DNA of 64,000 bases from an uncultured Pirellulaceae bacterium (GCA_938010615.1 CALLUY010000034.1:982-64981); one strand, 5' to 3'. Shown: positions 10,021-20,129, numbered from the stretch's first letter. Numbers and translations are program-made. Notes: generated by a model not told the origin, from the letters alone.

Positions 10021-12539
10021 TTCGGTTTGACAGTTCTACGGTTCACGATCGGTGTTGCCGTCAAGCGCCCGACGCCGTTATTGATCTTAATCTGACCACT
10101 GTCAGCCGACAGGTTAGCCAACCGACTCAATGCTTCGTCGGCAGTCGGACCGGTCATGACTTTCGGTTGATAGTTGACGCGAGGATCGCGATTCTTCACG
10201 TACGCAGGATAGAAATCCACGATCGTTTCATGATCCTGAAAATCAACTCCAACCAGCAACGATTCGGCCTTACTGTTCCCAGTTCCAAACGCAAAATTGC
10301 CAATACTATAGAGCACCGGACGGCCGTCGATCAGTTCGATCTCTTGCATGATGTGCGGGTGGTGTCCAATCACGATGTCGGCTCCCAATTCGATCATCAA
10401 GCGAGCTTTGTCGCGATCGGCGTCGCTTGGCTGCCGATCATAAGGAACGCCCCAGTGTACCGTCACGACCACACGATCAACTAACCGCCGTAGCTTTCCA
10501 ATATCAGCGGCAAGCCTTTCAGGCGTATCCATCGCGCTGCCGGGTTTGTTTTTGCGGGCCGATGTCCGAGTGTTCCAATAGTAGCCAAGCAATCCTACGG
10601 AATGTGGACCGGCTTGCATGATCGCAGGGCGATGAGCAGCTTCTGAATCGAGTCCAACGCCAATCGCGTGGATGCCGTGTTTCGAAAGTGACTTGAGCGT
10701 CTCCCTGACTCCTTCGCGTCCGCAGTCCAGCAAATGATTGTTCGCCAACGTCACGACATTAATGCCGGCTCGACGGAGCACACGCGTATAACGCGGACTG
10801 ACTTTGTAGGAATGATTTCGGGGAAGCTTAACCGCGTCGCGTGCAATCGGACCTTCCTGATTCGCGAGCACGATTGAACTGCGACGGAAAACCGGTGCGA
10901 CACAATTGAAGATATAGTCCGGCCCGAACTCATTGGTTCGATTTCGGGCTCGTGAGCCAACCATCACGTCCCCGACCGCGACCAACGAATAGGGTCCATT
11001 TCCTTGCTCTCGAAGCTTGGCATCTAATTGATTCGCTGAAAGCAGATCAGCGCTCGGTGCGACAATGCCGTGAGGATCTTTTTGCTGCAGTTTCTGCAAG
11101 TCGGGATCGGTGAGAGGCAACTCCATCACTGCGTTGGCATCGCGGCTCCACGACTCGGCCAGAAACAGGCGATTGCGGGATTTGATTTTGCGTCGTTTGA
11201 AACATTGTCGAATCGCCGATTCGTACTTACCAAGAAACAGTCTCCGATCAGATTCCAACATTGCCTGCCGAACCGTACCAAAGCCTTTTCGCAATCGTCG
11301 GGAACCTTTTAAGGTCGGGCTGGTCGGGTGATCGACCAATTGGCCAATCAGGATCAGCGAGCTAACAACCAACAGATCAGAATCGTGAACGGCAGTCACC
11401 TTGGAGTCCGAACCAGCGTCTTCGATCAGTTTCTGACGGAGATCCCACAACGTGGAGGCCAGAATCGTTCCGTTGTCATGCGGATCCGCCGAAGGACCGC
11501 GATCGTAGTCGTCCATCGTTTTTTGGGAAACCAAACTGCGACGATGCGTTTGAACAGAATCGTGACGATGGTGAAATGCCCAAATGTGTGGCGAGTCCAT
11601 CATCGTGGCTGCAAGATAATCGCAAATCGCTTCATCGACATCGGTCTTGTAAACACACTGTCGATGTGGCGCCCGCATTCGATTCGCGCGAAAGTCCGCC
11701 GTGTGCCGAGTCAAGTGATGACCGTACTCGTGATAGATCGTGCCGGCATTGTGCGACGCGTTGCAGCGATATTTGCGACCGACAAAATCAACAAGCGCTC
11801 CGTGAGTTGCCAACTTCCAACCGGGACCAAGATGAACTTCACCTTGTGGTGACAGCGGGCGATGTTCGACAACGGTCAATTGTTTTTGCGTTGGCAGTCG
11901 GTAATGCCCGCCTTGCAACGGGTACCATTTTTTCGTTGTCTTCCCCAACACGCCGTTGCAACAACCATCAATTTCGCCGACGGCACTGTGCGAGTTGACT
12001 CGCACGACGAGCTTTGGAAGAGAAGGATATCCGAGCTCGCGAATCAATCCGTCTACGCGAGCCGCGACTGCGTCAGTGTGATAGTACGAGTTAACTTCAC
12101 CGAACCGCGAAGCTTCAATGTATCGCTGCCACATTTCTGGTTCGACAAACGGATGCCGCTCCATACGTCCGCCGCCATGGTGAGGCTCGAAACAGAAGTT
12201 TCCCTCTTCGTCCGCGACGGCATCGCCAAGCGGCGTACCGGCTTGATCAAGCGAACCGGGAAGCTTGGTGACTGAGTCATTGTGCACATCGACGAACCGC
12301 CCCGACAAGCGACCGGAATCATGTAAACGCCTCAACGGCACATCGGCTTTTTCCAAACGGCCAACGTGTCGTTGATTCTCCGGCTCTGCATCATTCTGCG
12401 AAGCCGGCTGTTCGGAAGTTCCGTTTGCACAATGCCACAAATAGACGGTGCCAAGTGGAGCCGTTCCAAGTGGAGCCGTTGATTCCGCTTCTTGTTCCAG
12501 CAAAGCTGGCCGTGTCGGATGAATTTTCACGACATTCAT
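10017..12539 (-). CDS. Fusion of an M36/M4-like Zn metallopeptidase and a CapA/PgsA (PGA_cap) metallophosphoesterase-fold domain
   Basis: N half: EVNSYYH, HEYGH, DEAICDY (third Zn ligand), DPHDNGTI..LWDLR. C half: GDVM, NQEGP, ANNH, HWG, GHHPH, YSIGNF. No signal peptide. Confidence 0.85.
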   Translation of the reverse strand: MNVVKIHPTRPALLEQEAESTAPLGTAPLGTVYLWHCANGTSEQPASQNDAEPENQRHVGRLEKADVPLRRLHDSGRLSGRFVDVHNDSVTKLPGSLDQAGTPLGDAVADEEGNFCFEPHHGGGRMERHPFVEPEMWQRYIEASRFGEVNSYYHTDAVAARVDGLIRELGYPSLPKLVVRVNSHSAVGEIDGCCNGVLGKTTKKWYPLQGGHYRLPTQKQLTVVEHRPLSPQGEVHLGPGWKLATHGALVDFVGRKYRCNASHNAGTIYHEYGHHLTRHTADFRANRMRAPHRQCVYKTDVDEAICDYLAATMMDSPHIWAFHHRHDSVQTHRRSLVSQKTMDDYDRGPSADPHDNGTILASTLWDLRQKLIEDAGSDSKVTAVHDSDLLVVSSLILIGQLVDHPTSPTLKGSRRLRKGFGTVRQAMLESDRRLFLGKYESAIRQCFKRRKIKSRNRLFLAESWSRDANAVMELPLTDPDLQKLQQKDPHGIVAPSADLLSANQLDAKLREQGNGPYSLVAVGDVMVGSRARNRTNEFGPDYIFNCVAPVFRRSSIVLANQEGPIARDAVKLPRNHSYKVSPRYTRVLRRAGINVVTLANNHLLDCGREGVRETLKSLSKHGIHAIGVGLDSEAAHRPAIMQAGPHSVGLLGYYWNTRTSARKNKPGSAMDTPERLAADIGKLRRLVDRVVVTVHWGVPYDRQPSDADRDKARLMIELGADIVIGHHPHIMQEIELIDGRPVLYSIGNFAFGTGNSKAESLLVGVDFQDHETIVDFYPAYVKNRDPRVNYQPKVMTGPTADEALSRLANLSADSGQIKINNGVGRLTATPIVNRRTVKPK

Positions 12540-12574
12540 TTGATGCGCTGCCAGTTAGGGTAACAACGTCCAGT

Positions 12575-13753
12575 TTACTTTGCCGACGAATTCATCGAAC
12601 AAACACGCGACATAATCAAGCCACATATTTCATCAATGTTTTTGCCGGTGTCGCAGACAGGAGTCTCACTGCGGGCAGAGAATTCCTTAACGAACAGAGG
12701 GGCGTTTGTTATCAATCCGGTCACGGCAACAGGATCCCAACCGGAATGCCTAACGGCTTGCTCAATGCCAACAGCCGAAGCCGCACAAGCCGCTGTCAAG
12801 ACGACACCAGCGGCAGTCGATTGCAACAACTCTGATTTCAGCAGTGATTCAGTTTCACGCTGGTAAACGCCATCGGCGATTTCGATCAGAACGACGTCGG
12901 GCGAATGTGCTGCGGCATCATTCATCATGCGACAGTACAGCCCTTCGAGTTCCTTCTGGCTGGCCAGATAAGTCGACGGGAAACCGTACTCACTGAAATC
13001 GGCCGAAAACACAGCGCCGGTCGCATTGAATTCGTGAATATCACGATGGCTGGCACTTCCTGTCAACTTAACGACGGCGACCCGATGCCCAGCAATATTC
13101 AACGCATGTGCAAGGCGAGCGGTACTGGTCGTTTTCCCGCTGTTCATTCCTGTGCCAACGGTGAAGACTGGATTGATTCCCGATGGAAATTGAAACGCGG
13201 GTCGAAACAACCGGTCCTTCATATTGATTCGGACTCCTTCGGAATCGAGTAGAAACCCAAGCATTTCAAGCTCTGTCGGTTTCTTCATCGATCGATGGCG
13301 GTCACAGACCGTCCCCATCAACCCACCATTGGTGAGCATGTGCAAGTTGTCACGATCGATTTCAGTGGCGTGATAGGCATCGGTTGCATAACGCGACCCA
13401 ACAACGCCAGCGATTAGATCGTTGACGTAAACGCGGGAGTACTGATTTTCGTCAGTGAACAAACGAGTGTGGTTTCCGACTTTCGTCGTCTTCGCCAACA
13501 CACAGTCTCCGTCTTTTGGCGCCGCATCACTTGGTTCGAAGTGAATGTTGGAGTTGGAAGCCTTTCTCAACATGGGTAATTTCCCCATGAGCCAAGAGTG
13601 CTTCACATGATTCGGCACAACCTCGACCGAAGTAGCAGACCCCTTGGAAGCTGAATGAGCTTGAAAGGCGAGTTTTCCATTTGGCGAATCGCCATTCAAA
13701 GAAGACCCGTTAACAGAATTTCTGTTGTTTGAACTTGGCATCACGATCGACAT
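12575..13753 (-). CDS. DUF1611-type P-loop NTPase protein
   Basis: GSRYATDAY, GGLMGTV, P-loop GTGMNSGKTT, KLTGSASHRD, DFSEYGFPSTY, IEIADGVYQRET. Confidence 0.8.
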   Translation of the reverse strand: MSIVMPSSNNRNSVNGSSLNGDSPNGKLAFQAHSASKGSATSVEVVPNHVKHSWLMGKLPMLRKASNSNIHFEPSDAAPKDGDCVLAKTTKVGNHTRLFTDENQYSRVYVNDLIAGVVGSRYATDAYHATEIDRDNLHMLTNGGLMGTVCDRHRSMKKPTELEMLGFLLDSEGVRINMKDRLFRPAFQFPSGINPVFTVGTGMNSGKTTSTARLAHALNIAGHRVAVVKLTGSASHRDIHEFNATGAVFSADFSEYGFPSTYLASQKELEGLYCRMMNDAAAHSPDVVLIEIADGVYQRETESLLKSELLQSTAAGVVLTAACAASAVGIEQAVRHSGWDPVAVTGLITNAPLFVKEFSARSETPVCDTGKNIDEICGLIMSRVCSMNSSAK

Positions 13754-14475
13754 AGCGACTCTCTCTAAAACTGTCCGTAGTAGTCTGGGTTATCCCAGTG
13801 AAAGCTGGGGAAGTGGAATTTCCATTTGGCATTCGAAATTGCACGTCCATTTGGGAAATGCATTCTCAAACCATCAAAACAATCAAGGGTTAGTAAATAA
13901 AATCAGAAACAGGTTTTGATTTAAAACAAATGAATTCATTGGACGAGGGAGTGTACGAATGGCAGTGTCAATGAGTTCAACGCAAATCTGAATTGAACGC
14001 ATCAATAAATTATTGCGGCCAAAACATGCCGGAATAACATAAGGAAATCGAAACGATGGCAGTTCTGGAAAACCGGTATGATTACATCAAATTGTGGCAC
14101 GTCAAGAACTAAAAGTTGTCGATGTCGCGTTACGTCAAAATCGAATTTGCTAAATATTTTGACTAATTATCTTGGTGCATTTTGGCGCTGCGAAATGTCC
14201 TATTTGCGGGCACCGACTGCTGAGTCGACAAAAAACGTTCATCCCAAAACTTCGATTTTTGACCAATGAAAAAAATTGCTTTTTTGCATGCGAGGAAGCG
14301 CAAACTTTTTTTGATAAACATCGATCGAAATTCACTTTTTTCTTGCGACGAAAAATGGTGGTGTGACAACAAGAAAATAATGTCAGGAACGGCAACCACG
14401 ACGGGGGAATTCGGGGGCACTTCGAATCTCAAAACTGGTGTTTCGCAAGAGAGCGAAACAAGACTAAAGAGGTCT

Positions 14476-14902
14476 CCGACGCGTGAGCGAGGTGCAGCTG
14501 GCATCTCGCTTGCGCGTTTTGAAGTTGCACACTTTCAGTCACGAAGTGACGACATGTTGTAGTCATGGACGCAAGTCCATGGTTAGGTTTGTGAATCCCA
14601 CGGAGTGCCGGAGGCACGGCAGGAACCAAGCTTTGCGCTACCGCAATTTTCCTGCCGTCCTTTCAGGACTGCCGATTAATGCATCAACGTTTCCATGGAC
14701 TTGCGTCCATGGCTAATGCATGCCGTGCTTTCAGCACTAACGCGATCACAAGCCAGAGGCTTATGCCACCTCAGCTAATGCATGCCGTGCTTTCAGCACT
14801 AACGCGATCACAAGCCAGAGGCTTATGCCACCTCAGCTAATGCATGGCGGGCTTTGAGCACTCAATGCGCCCGGTACCTCGCTTACGCGCCGGGCTGTGA
14901 TT
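14476..14902. repeat. Composite REP/MITE cluster
   Basis: REP arm CTCGCTTGCGCG followed directly by TIR TTTTGAAGTTGCAC (14517-14530); CATGGACGCAAGTCCATGG / CCATGGACTTGCGTCCATGG inverted pair; 62-bp tandem units at 14712 and 14774 plus a partial at 14836; REP arm at about 14878-14902. Confidence 0.8.
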
Positions 14903-15022
14903 TGCGATGCTAGCAAACTAAGCCGCTCTCAAACAACCTGAGAATCGGCCTACTTCAACCTTGGGACTGACTGGACATTCCGTTACGATTCTGGCTGTTA
15001 AATCACAGCCAAGGATCGGCGA

Positions 15023-16717
15023 ATGTACAAACTTCTTCTGTCGTGGCGGTACCTCCGCACACGGTTCATTGCGTTGGCGTCGATCGTCAGCGTCACACTT
15101 GGCGTCGCGACGCTAATTGTAGTCAACAGCGTGATGTCCGGTTTCGTCGATCAGATGAAGCATCGATTGCACGGCGTGCTTTCCGATATCGAAATGTCGG
15201 CTCCACTGCTGAGTGAAATTCATCACTCGGAGTACACGGTCGAGCAAATCCGTGAATTGCTCGGGAACGACCTCGAAGAAGTAACTTGCGTTGTTCGGAC
15301 TCCAGCATTGATGGCTTTCCAAAGTCCCAACGGAATGTCGGTTCAGCAGCAAGTCATCCTGATCGGCATCGACGATAACACTTTCGGCAAAGTCACGGAC
15401 TTTGAGCCGTACTTGCAGCATGCGATGAAGAAAACTAATTTCAGTTTCGCTCTCGAAGGCGACGGGTACGACTCCGAATACGGTACGTCTGGATGGGAGT
15501 TGCGGCGAGAAAAAGCCGAAATGGAGCGTCGGATTGAAGAGATGCATCGTCAAAGCATGTTGCGAGCACAAGAACAGCAAAGCAAATGGCAGACTGGTGA
15601 CTCATCGATCGCGCAAGCTTCCTATCAAGAGCCCGCGACTCAAGAAACTCCCACAGCTGGATCCAACGCAAATCAATTTGCTCCGCTGCCAACCAAGATC
15701 CGATCAATCGACGAAATCCTTGCGGAAAAAGAGAGCCTTAAAACGGAGCAGACTTTCGAAACACCGCAATTCACTGGCATCGATCCGCATGCTCATCTTC
15801 GAACCCAAGTTTCCGAAGAAGAAATGTTTGACGCGGCAAAAGATCAATACACCGGAATCATCATTGGACAAGCGATTGCCAAACGGCTTGCCGTCGATGA
15901 GAACCAAGAAGTTTCTGACTTTTACCTTCTAAGGCCGGGGGACGACGTTCAAGTGATGGTCACCACCGTTGGTCGCAGCCCAAAACCGGTTAGCGACATG
16001 TGCACCGTCGTTGATTTTTATAACTCGAATATGCACGAATACGATTCGCAGTTTGCTTTCATGCCAATTTCCGAACTGCAAAAGATGCGTGGCATGGTGA
16101 ATCCAATGACGGGCGAAGGATCGATTTCCACGATCCAAATCAAACTCAAACCGGATGTTGATCTCGACGAAGCAAAGATGGCGATGCTCGCAAGATTCCC
16201 CGTCGACGAATACTACTGCGACATCAAAACTTGGCAGGACACGCAGCGACCGCTACTAAGCGCCGTCAATATGGAGCTCACGATCCTGAACATCCTGTTA
16301 TTCCTGATCATCGCCGTGGCAGGCTTTGGTATCCTTGCGACGTTCTACATGATCGTTGTCGAGAAAACTCGCGACATTGGAATCCTGAAGGCCCTTGGAG
16401 CCCCAAGCGGCGGCGTGATGTCGATCTTCTTGGGCTACGGCATTTCACTAGGAGCCGTTGGTACCGGAGCGGGAATCGTGCTGGGACTATTGTTTGTTCG
16501 CTACATCAACGAGATCGCTGACTTCGTACAGAAGATCACCGGACAGGAAATTTTCGATCCAACGATCTACTACTTCACAGAAATCCCAACCATCGTCAGC
16601 CCGTGGATGGTGTTCGGCGTAGCTGTTGGAGCGATCGCAATCGCGGTCATGGCATCAGTCCTGCCTTCCTTGAGGGCCGCTCGACTTCATCCAGTAGAGG
16701 CACTTCGCTATGAATAA
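15023..16717 (+). CDS. lolE: LolC/LolE-family (FtsX-like) ABC permease, lipoprotein release
   Basis: RYLRTR..SVTLGVATLIVVNSVMSGF; MIVVEKTRDIGILKALGA; PSLRAARLHPVEALRYE; large periplasmic insertion. The symbol denotes the LolC/E family. Confidence 0.88.
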   Translation: MYKLLLSWRYLRTRFIALASIVSVTLGVATLIVVNSVMSGFVDQMKHRLHGVLSDIEMSAPLLSEIHHSEYTVEQIRELLGNDLEEVTCVVRTPALMAFQSPNGMSVQQQVILIGIDDNTFGKVTDFEPYLQHAMKKTNFSFALEGDGYDSEYGTSGWELRREKAEMERRIEEMHRQSMLRAQEQQSKWQTGDSSIAQASYQEPATQETPTAGSNANQFAPLPTKIRSIDEILAEKESLKTEQTFETPQFTGIDPHAHLRTQVSEEEMFDAAKDQYTGIIIGQAIAKRLAVDENQEVSDFYLLRPGDDVQVMVTTVGRSPKPVSDMCTVVDFYNSNMHEYDSQFAFMPISELQKMRGMVNPMTGEGSISTIQIKLKPDVDLDEAKMAMLARFPVDEYYCDIKTWQDTQRPLLSAVNMELTILNILLFLIIAVAGFGILATFYMIVVEKTRDIGILKALGAPSGGVMSIFLGYGISLGAVGTGAGIVLGLLFVRYINEIADFVQKITGQEIFDPTIYYFTEIPTIVSPWMVFGVAVGAIAIAVMASVLPSLRAARLHPVEALRYE

Positions 16718-17483
16718 ATCAGTCGCAGCAACACAACCAAAAATGGGTCGAGCCAAAAATTACAAGCCGATCCGGACACCTTTCAACGTGGTGCACAAAA
16801 CCATCTTGTCGACCAACAACCTGTACAAAAGCTACCGCAAAGGAAAGCTGGAAGTTCCGGTTCTCAAAGGCGTCGACATCGAGATCGCCGAAGGTGGTTT
16901 CACAACGATCATCGGGCAAAGCGGTTCAGGAAAGAGCACCTTGCTGCACTTACTGGCGACGCTCGACGCTCCCGACAAAGGAGAGATCGTCTACGGGGAT
17001 ACGCGCATTGATAACCTGCCGGCGAAAAAACGAGAAGCCATTCGCAACCAAGAATTTGGGCTGATCTTTCAGTTCTATCACTTGCTGCCAGAGCTGACGA
17101 CATTGGAGAACGTTTTGATTCCACGCATGGTTCAGCATGGTTTCTTTCGATACCTCGCCAACAAGAAGAAATTCAAACAGGAAGCGATCGAACTGCTCGA
17201 GATGGTTGGACTCGGTCATCGGCTCACTCACAAACCATCGGAACTCTCCGGCGGCGAGATGCAGCGGACAGCCATTGCCCGATCGTTGATCTCAAATCCG
17301 AAAGTTCTGTTGGCCGATGAGCCAACCGGAAACCTCGATGAGGAAAATGGGGCTGACGTCATGAAGACGTTGCACGAACTCCGCAGTCGTAAAAACTTGA
17401 CGATCGTCATGGTGACTCACGATGCCGAAATGGCGAAATCATCAGATCACGTGATTCATCTGGTCGGCGGCAAGGTGGCGTAG
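16710..17483 (+). CDS. lolD: LolD-family ABC ATPase
   Basis: GQSGSGKSTLL, FQFYHLLPE, LSGGEMQR, LADEPTGNLD, VTHD; overlaps lolE. Confidence 0.9.
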   Translation: MNKSVAATQPKMGRAKNYKPIRTPFNVVHKTILSTNNLYKSYRKGKLEVPVLKGVDIEIAEGGFTTIIGQSGSGKSTLLHLLATLDAPDKGEIVYGDTRIDNLPAKKREAIRNQEFGLIFQFYHLLPELTTLENVLIPRMVQHGFFRYLANKKKFKQEAIELLEMVGLGHRLTHKPSELSGGEMQRTAIARSLISNPKVLLADEPTGNLDEENGADVMKTLHELRSRKNLTIVMVTHDAEMAKSSDHVIHLVGGKVA

Positions 17484-17491
17484 AGGACTCT

Positions 17492-20035
17492 CTACACGAA
17501 CGGCAACGACTCAAGATAATTCTGGCGGAAGCCGAGCAGGTCGAAAACGTTGACGTTGCCGTCGCCATTGAAATCGAGGCTTGCGTCAAAATTCGCGTCA
17601 CCAGCGGACGCAAGATACGTCTGACGCAAACGCAACAGATCGAATACGTTCACATTGCGATCGCCTGTAGCGTCACCGTAGAACGAATAGAAATTCTCGC
17701 CCTCAACATCACCAAACACAAAGTCAGCGCCCAACGTCAAATCGGTGCCGCGACGTTTCACCTTCGATCCATCAACCGTCAGCTGATAGTTGCCGTCGGC
17801 CAACGCACCCGCTCCATTTCGTGTCAAGCTGTCGAATGTAAGCGTAACGATCGAATCACCAGACGTTTCGTTAACAGCAAAACTTGTCGTCACAGATGCT
17901 CCTGTGGTCATACCGTCGCCATCGCTTCGCTGAATCACACTGAACGCTCCTGGATCAAAATCAACTTTGCCGTCGAACGCGAGCGTCAGTTGATCAACCG
18001 TTGACCTTTGTGCAGTTGCGTCGTTGACATCGACTGAGTCGAGCGAAGGAGCCGTTGCTCCAAAGTTGGCTGATCCGGGAGTGAGAACGGCGTTCGCGGG
18101 AAGATTGGCACTTCCGTTTTGATAACTCACCGTTCCCGTGATGTCTCCATTGAACCAACTGGAAAACGAATCGCTTTGCTCATCTCCAAAAATCCTCGTC
18201 GCCGCATCCGGATGTCCGTTGCCTTGAGTCAGCGAAGCGGCCGCATAAACGAAATCACTCCCACCGCCATCAGTCCAACCAAAGCCGTCCAAGATCGCAG
18301 TCCATGGAGTCGAGTCGAACAGCCCATCATTGTTTGTGTCCAAGTCGTCCTCAAAAGCGCCTGTGAAACCGTGCACTAAAAGGAATGTCAGCGATCCATT
18401 CTCCACGGCTCCACCGTCAAGGTTGGCGAGCGTTGTCGAGGAATTGATTGCTCCACCCCAAGGCGTTGAACTTGCATATCCGTCGCCCAGCAACACCAAA
18501 CCGTTGGAACCGGTCATGATCGAGCTGAGGTTTTGTGCGTTGTCCACCGTTCCGGCTGCTGATCCGTCTCCATCGATCTCCAACAACCAAATATCAGTCA
18601 ACAACGATGATGGTGTACCAAGAATTTCGACGTACTCGAGATTCGAATCTGTTCCCGGATTGTTAACAAAGACTTCGTTCAACAAAACGCTCGAGGTTGC
18701 AGTTCCGTCATTGTCAGAAATGGAGACAGAAATTGGGCTGATCGGGAATCCATCGTAATCAGCATCGCCGCTGGCTACCGAATGTTGCAAAGAGCTGAAA
18801 TGAAGTCCTTCGACATCTGAATCATCAACCGCTGATACGCTCACCGTCTGCGCAACCAACGCGTTGGCCGGCGTGAAGGTCAGTGTGATTGCGACGCCAG
18901 CGCCGCTTCCTAAATCCAGTTCACCGTCAGGAGTAATGTCGACTGTCACGTTCGAAGTCGGAACAGAATCGAGAACGATGTCATAGGAATCGGTCGTACC
19001 ACTTTCAGAAACCGCGGTGTTGCCGCTGGACTCGGCAACCGAAACGCCGATTGGACTGTAAACTTCAAAGTCAGCGACAACAGGTAAGTGATCGCTCGCG
19101 TCGTGCAACGCTTGACGAACTGCTTGGCTGACGGCACTGTTGGAGCCAGCCAAAATTGATTGGTTGTAATGCTGCCCATCGTTCCCATGAACGAACTGAC
19201 TTCCGGCTACATAATCGAGGCCGAGACCATCGTTGAGTCCAAAGCTGCTGAAGATCATGTCAAAACGGTCGTCGAGCCCGCCGTTTGACCCTCCGCCAAA
19301 GCTTGCCGTTCGTGGGCTTTGAGTGTGGACAGCGGCAAACGCCGAGTTCGTGTGCCAATCTCCGATTTGGCTTGGTAGCAGCAAGTCTTCGACGCGTCCG
19401 TCGTTGTTCGATTCACTTTGAACAAATTTCTGATACGCCGGTTCTGAGCTGGTGTAGATGTTCATATCGCCAGCAACGAGAAACTCTCGATCCGGAGGCA
19501 ACGTTTCAAGATAGTTTCTCAACAAAGTCGCCTCACCGAGACGCGCCTGTTCGTTTGACTGACCGGAACTGGCCTTCATGTGCAAACTGTAAACATTGAA
19601 CAGCGAATCGGCGACGCTGAGCGTGTATTCACCAATGGAACGCAACGACGTCGAGATATAGTCCTGGCTGACGAGACTAACTTTAGACGTTCTATAATAG
19701 ATCACCGTATCTGTATCAGGCCCGTCAACGAAATTTCCTCTCGCGTACTCCGTGCCATTCGCATTAAGCGCATCGAGCAGAATGTTGGCGCCTTGGGCCG
19801 TGTTAATTTCTTGGATGGCCAAAACATCTGCATCGAGATCTTCAAAGATGATCTCCATTTCATCTTGCCGGTTTCCAGATGACGAATCGAAATTGAGTGC
19901 GTTATAGGTAACAAACCGGAGATCTACCGCGGCAAGTAAACGACGAGACTCCAACGTTTCGAAGTGGAATGTTTTTGACTTAAGCCGTCGGCGTGTTGGA
20001 GATTGGCGATTGAACAGTGTCGACAAGAATTTCAT
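17492..20035 (-). CDS. Secreted endonuclease/exonuclease/phosphatase with beta-sandwich domains and a C-terminal dockerin-like repeat
   Basis: Planctomycete leader RRRL..FETLESRRLLA; TYNALN, QEI, HMKA, GDMN, FDMI, SDHLPV; twin D-x-x-GD-x-NVNVFDLL. Confidence 0.85.
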   Translation of the reverse strand: MKFLSTLFNRQSPTRRRLKSKTFHFETLESRRLLAAVDLRFVTYNALNFDSSSGNRQDEMEIIFEDLDADVLAIQEINTAQGANILLDALNANGTEYARGNFVDGPDTDTVIYYRTSKVSLVSQDYISTSLRSIGEYTLSVADSLFNVYSLHMKASSGQSNEQARLGEATLLRNYLETLPPDREFLVAGDMNIYTSSEPAYQKFVQSESNNDGRVEDLLLPSQIGDWHTNSAFAAVHTQSPRTASFGGGSNGGLDDRFDMIFSSFGLNDGLGLDYVAGSQFVHGNDGQHYNQSILAGSNSAVSQAVRQALHDASDHLPVVADFEVYSPIGVSVAESSGNTAVSESGTTDSYDIVLDSVPTSNVTVDITPDGELDLGSGAGVAITLTFTPANALVAQTVSVSAVDDSDVEGLHFSSLQHSVASGDADYDGFPISPISVSISDNDGTATSSVLLNEVFVNNPGTDSNLEYVEILGTPSSLLTDIWLLEIDGDGSAAGTVDNAQNLSSIMTGSNGLVLLGDGYASSTPWGGAINSSTTLANLDGGAVENGSLTFLLVHGFTGAFEDDLDTNNDGLFDSTPWTAILDGFGWTDGGGSDFVYAAASLTQGNGHPDAATRIFGDEQSDSFSSWFNGDITGTVSYQNGSANLPANAVLTPGSANFGATAPSLDSVDVNDATAQRSTVDQLTLAFDGKVDFDPGAFSVIQRSDGDGMTTGASVTTSFAVNETSGDSIVTLTFDSLTRNGAGALADGNYQLTVDGSKVKRRGTDLTLGADFVFGDVEGENFYSFYGDATGDRNVNVFDLLRLRQTYLASAGDANFDASLDFNGDGNVNVFDLLGFRQNYLESLPFV

Positions 20036-20129
20036 AGGAACGGCATCGAGAGGAGAAAACGAAGGACACTGCGACCAAGGAAACTATACGCTTGCAAAGC
20101 TTCCGGTCAAACCCTGCCATTTCGTCAAG

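Noticed and set aside
13826-13843. sigma54 promoter TGGCATTCGAAATTGCA
   Set aside because: GG-to-GC spacing is 11 nt rather than 10, and it points away from the operon
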